NCBI GenBank assembly: GCA_965206695.1
Contig: CBDBKM010000005.1
Span: 73,244 to 137,243, forward strand
Reading direction: 5' to 3'
Length of the DNA: 64,000 nucleotides
Source: Chlamydiales bacterium
GTDB lineage: Bacteria; Chlamydiota; Chlamydiia; Chlamydiales; JAAZZY01
The notes beneath the pieces are model-generated. The model made no database searches. It saw only the letters and a program-made list of their open reading frames with translations, and had not been told where the DNA came from. This document shows, piece after piece, positions 63,650-64,000 of this stretch. A program made the translations under genes and the position numbers. How positions within the stretch are numbered: the stretch's first letter is position 1; each line of letters begins with the position of its first letter.

Positions 63650-63792
63650 ACTTTCAAATTATTTAATACTATTTTAAAGTAAACATTAAACCAACGCCCT
63701 TTCAACATCGAAGTGCAACAAATAGAAGAAATTTGAAAATAGCCAAATGCCGATAAAATCTCTATAGTAAATTTTTGCAAAAAACAAGACTA

Positions 63793-64000
63793 ATGGAGGA
63801 GTTTTTTATACCTAAAGTCTATCGGTATTTAACCTATGAACAAAGATGCCAAATATATACTTTAAAAAAAAGAGAAGATTCTATTGAGGACATTTCTCAA
63901 GAATTAAATATTAATAAGATTACTATTTATCGAGAATTAAAAAGAAACAGCTATAAGGGCAAATATATTTATATTGTGGCACAAATCAAAGCTATAGTAC
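63793..64000 (+). CDS. IS30-family transposase, N-terminal part (runs off the window)
   Basis: LTYEQRCQIYTLKKREDSIEDISQELNINKITIYRELKRNS is the IS30 HTH signature (LTxxERxxI...STIxRELxRN). Confidence 0.75.
   Translation, partial: MEEFFIPKVYRYLTYEQRCQIYTLKKREDSIEDISQELNINKITIYRELKRNSYKGKYIYIVAQIKAIV

Noticed and set aside
1-64000. Searched by eye for rRNA, tRNA (GGTTCGAATCC-type T-arms), tmRNA, RNase P, SRP RNA and CRISPR arrays
   Set aside because: No convincing cloverleaf, conserved core or regularly spaced short direct repeats were found. This is a manual scan, so small RNAs could have been missed.

Overview
AT-rich bacterial chromosomal segment. About 30 apparently intact genes are embedded in a very heavy load of insertion-sequence debris and pseudogenes. 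The gene content points tentatively to an environmental chlamydia or amoeba-symbiont-like obligate intracellular bacterium. Supporting genes are RNase HIII, a short RodZ, an Inc-like bilobed membrane protein, a glucokinase/zwf/gnd operon and a secreted DUF2608-like HAD protein. This taxonomic call is inference only.

Intact or near-intact genes:
- Core and envelope: folD, apbE (one frameshift), DUF368, rodZ, rnhC, an RsuA/RluF-family pseudouridine synthase, a LtaS-like sulfatase.
- Sugar operon: GH15 glucoamylase, gnd (one frameshift), zwf, glk.
- Redox and amino acid: gshF, sodB, proBA.
- Membrane and transport: SPFH protein, LysE, mgtC, three MFS transporters.
- Peptidases: M48, M3 and M1 (pepN).

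Mobile DNA comprises at least four IS630 lineages, IS5-like, IS4-like, IS200/IS605 (tnpA/tnpB), ISAs1 and IS30 elements, mostly nested and degenerate. They have destroyed recN. topB and a GT11 fucosyltransferase are multi-lesion pseudogenes.

Two things stand out:
1. A compact, IS-bracketed hybrid NRPS-PKS island at about 53.7-63.6 kb. It holds a Sfp-type PPTase, a KS-deadAT-T-TE synthase, a truncatedC-A-T synthetase, an MFS transporter and a lipocalin-like pseudogene, and shows partial decay.
2. Eight copies of the IS605 right-end/putative omegaRNA module. These outlive their dead tnpB genes, sit directly upstream of host genes, or bracket single genes (ltaS-like, mgtC) as convergent pairs.

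No rRNA, tRNA or CRISPR array was recognised by eye. All IS boundaries are hand-derived and may be off by several bp.
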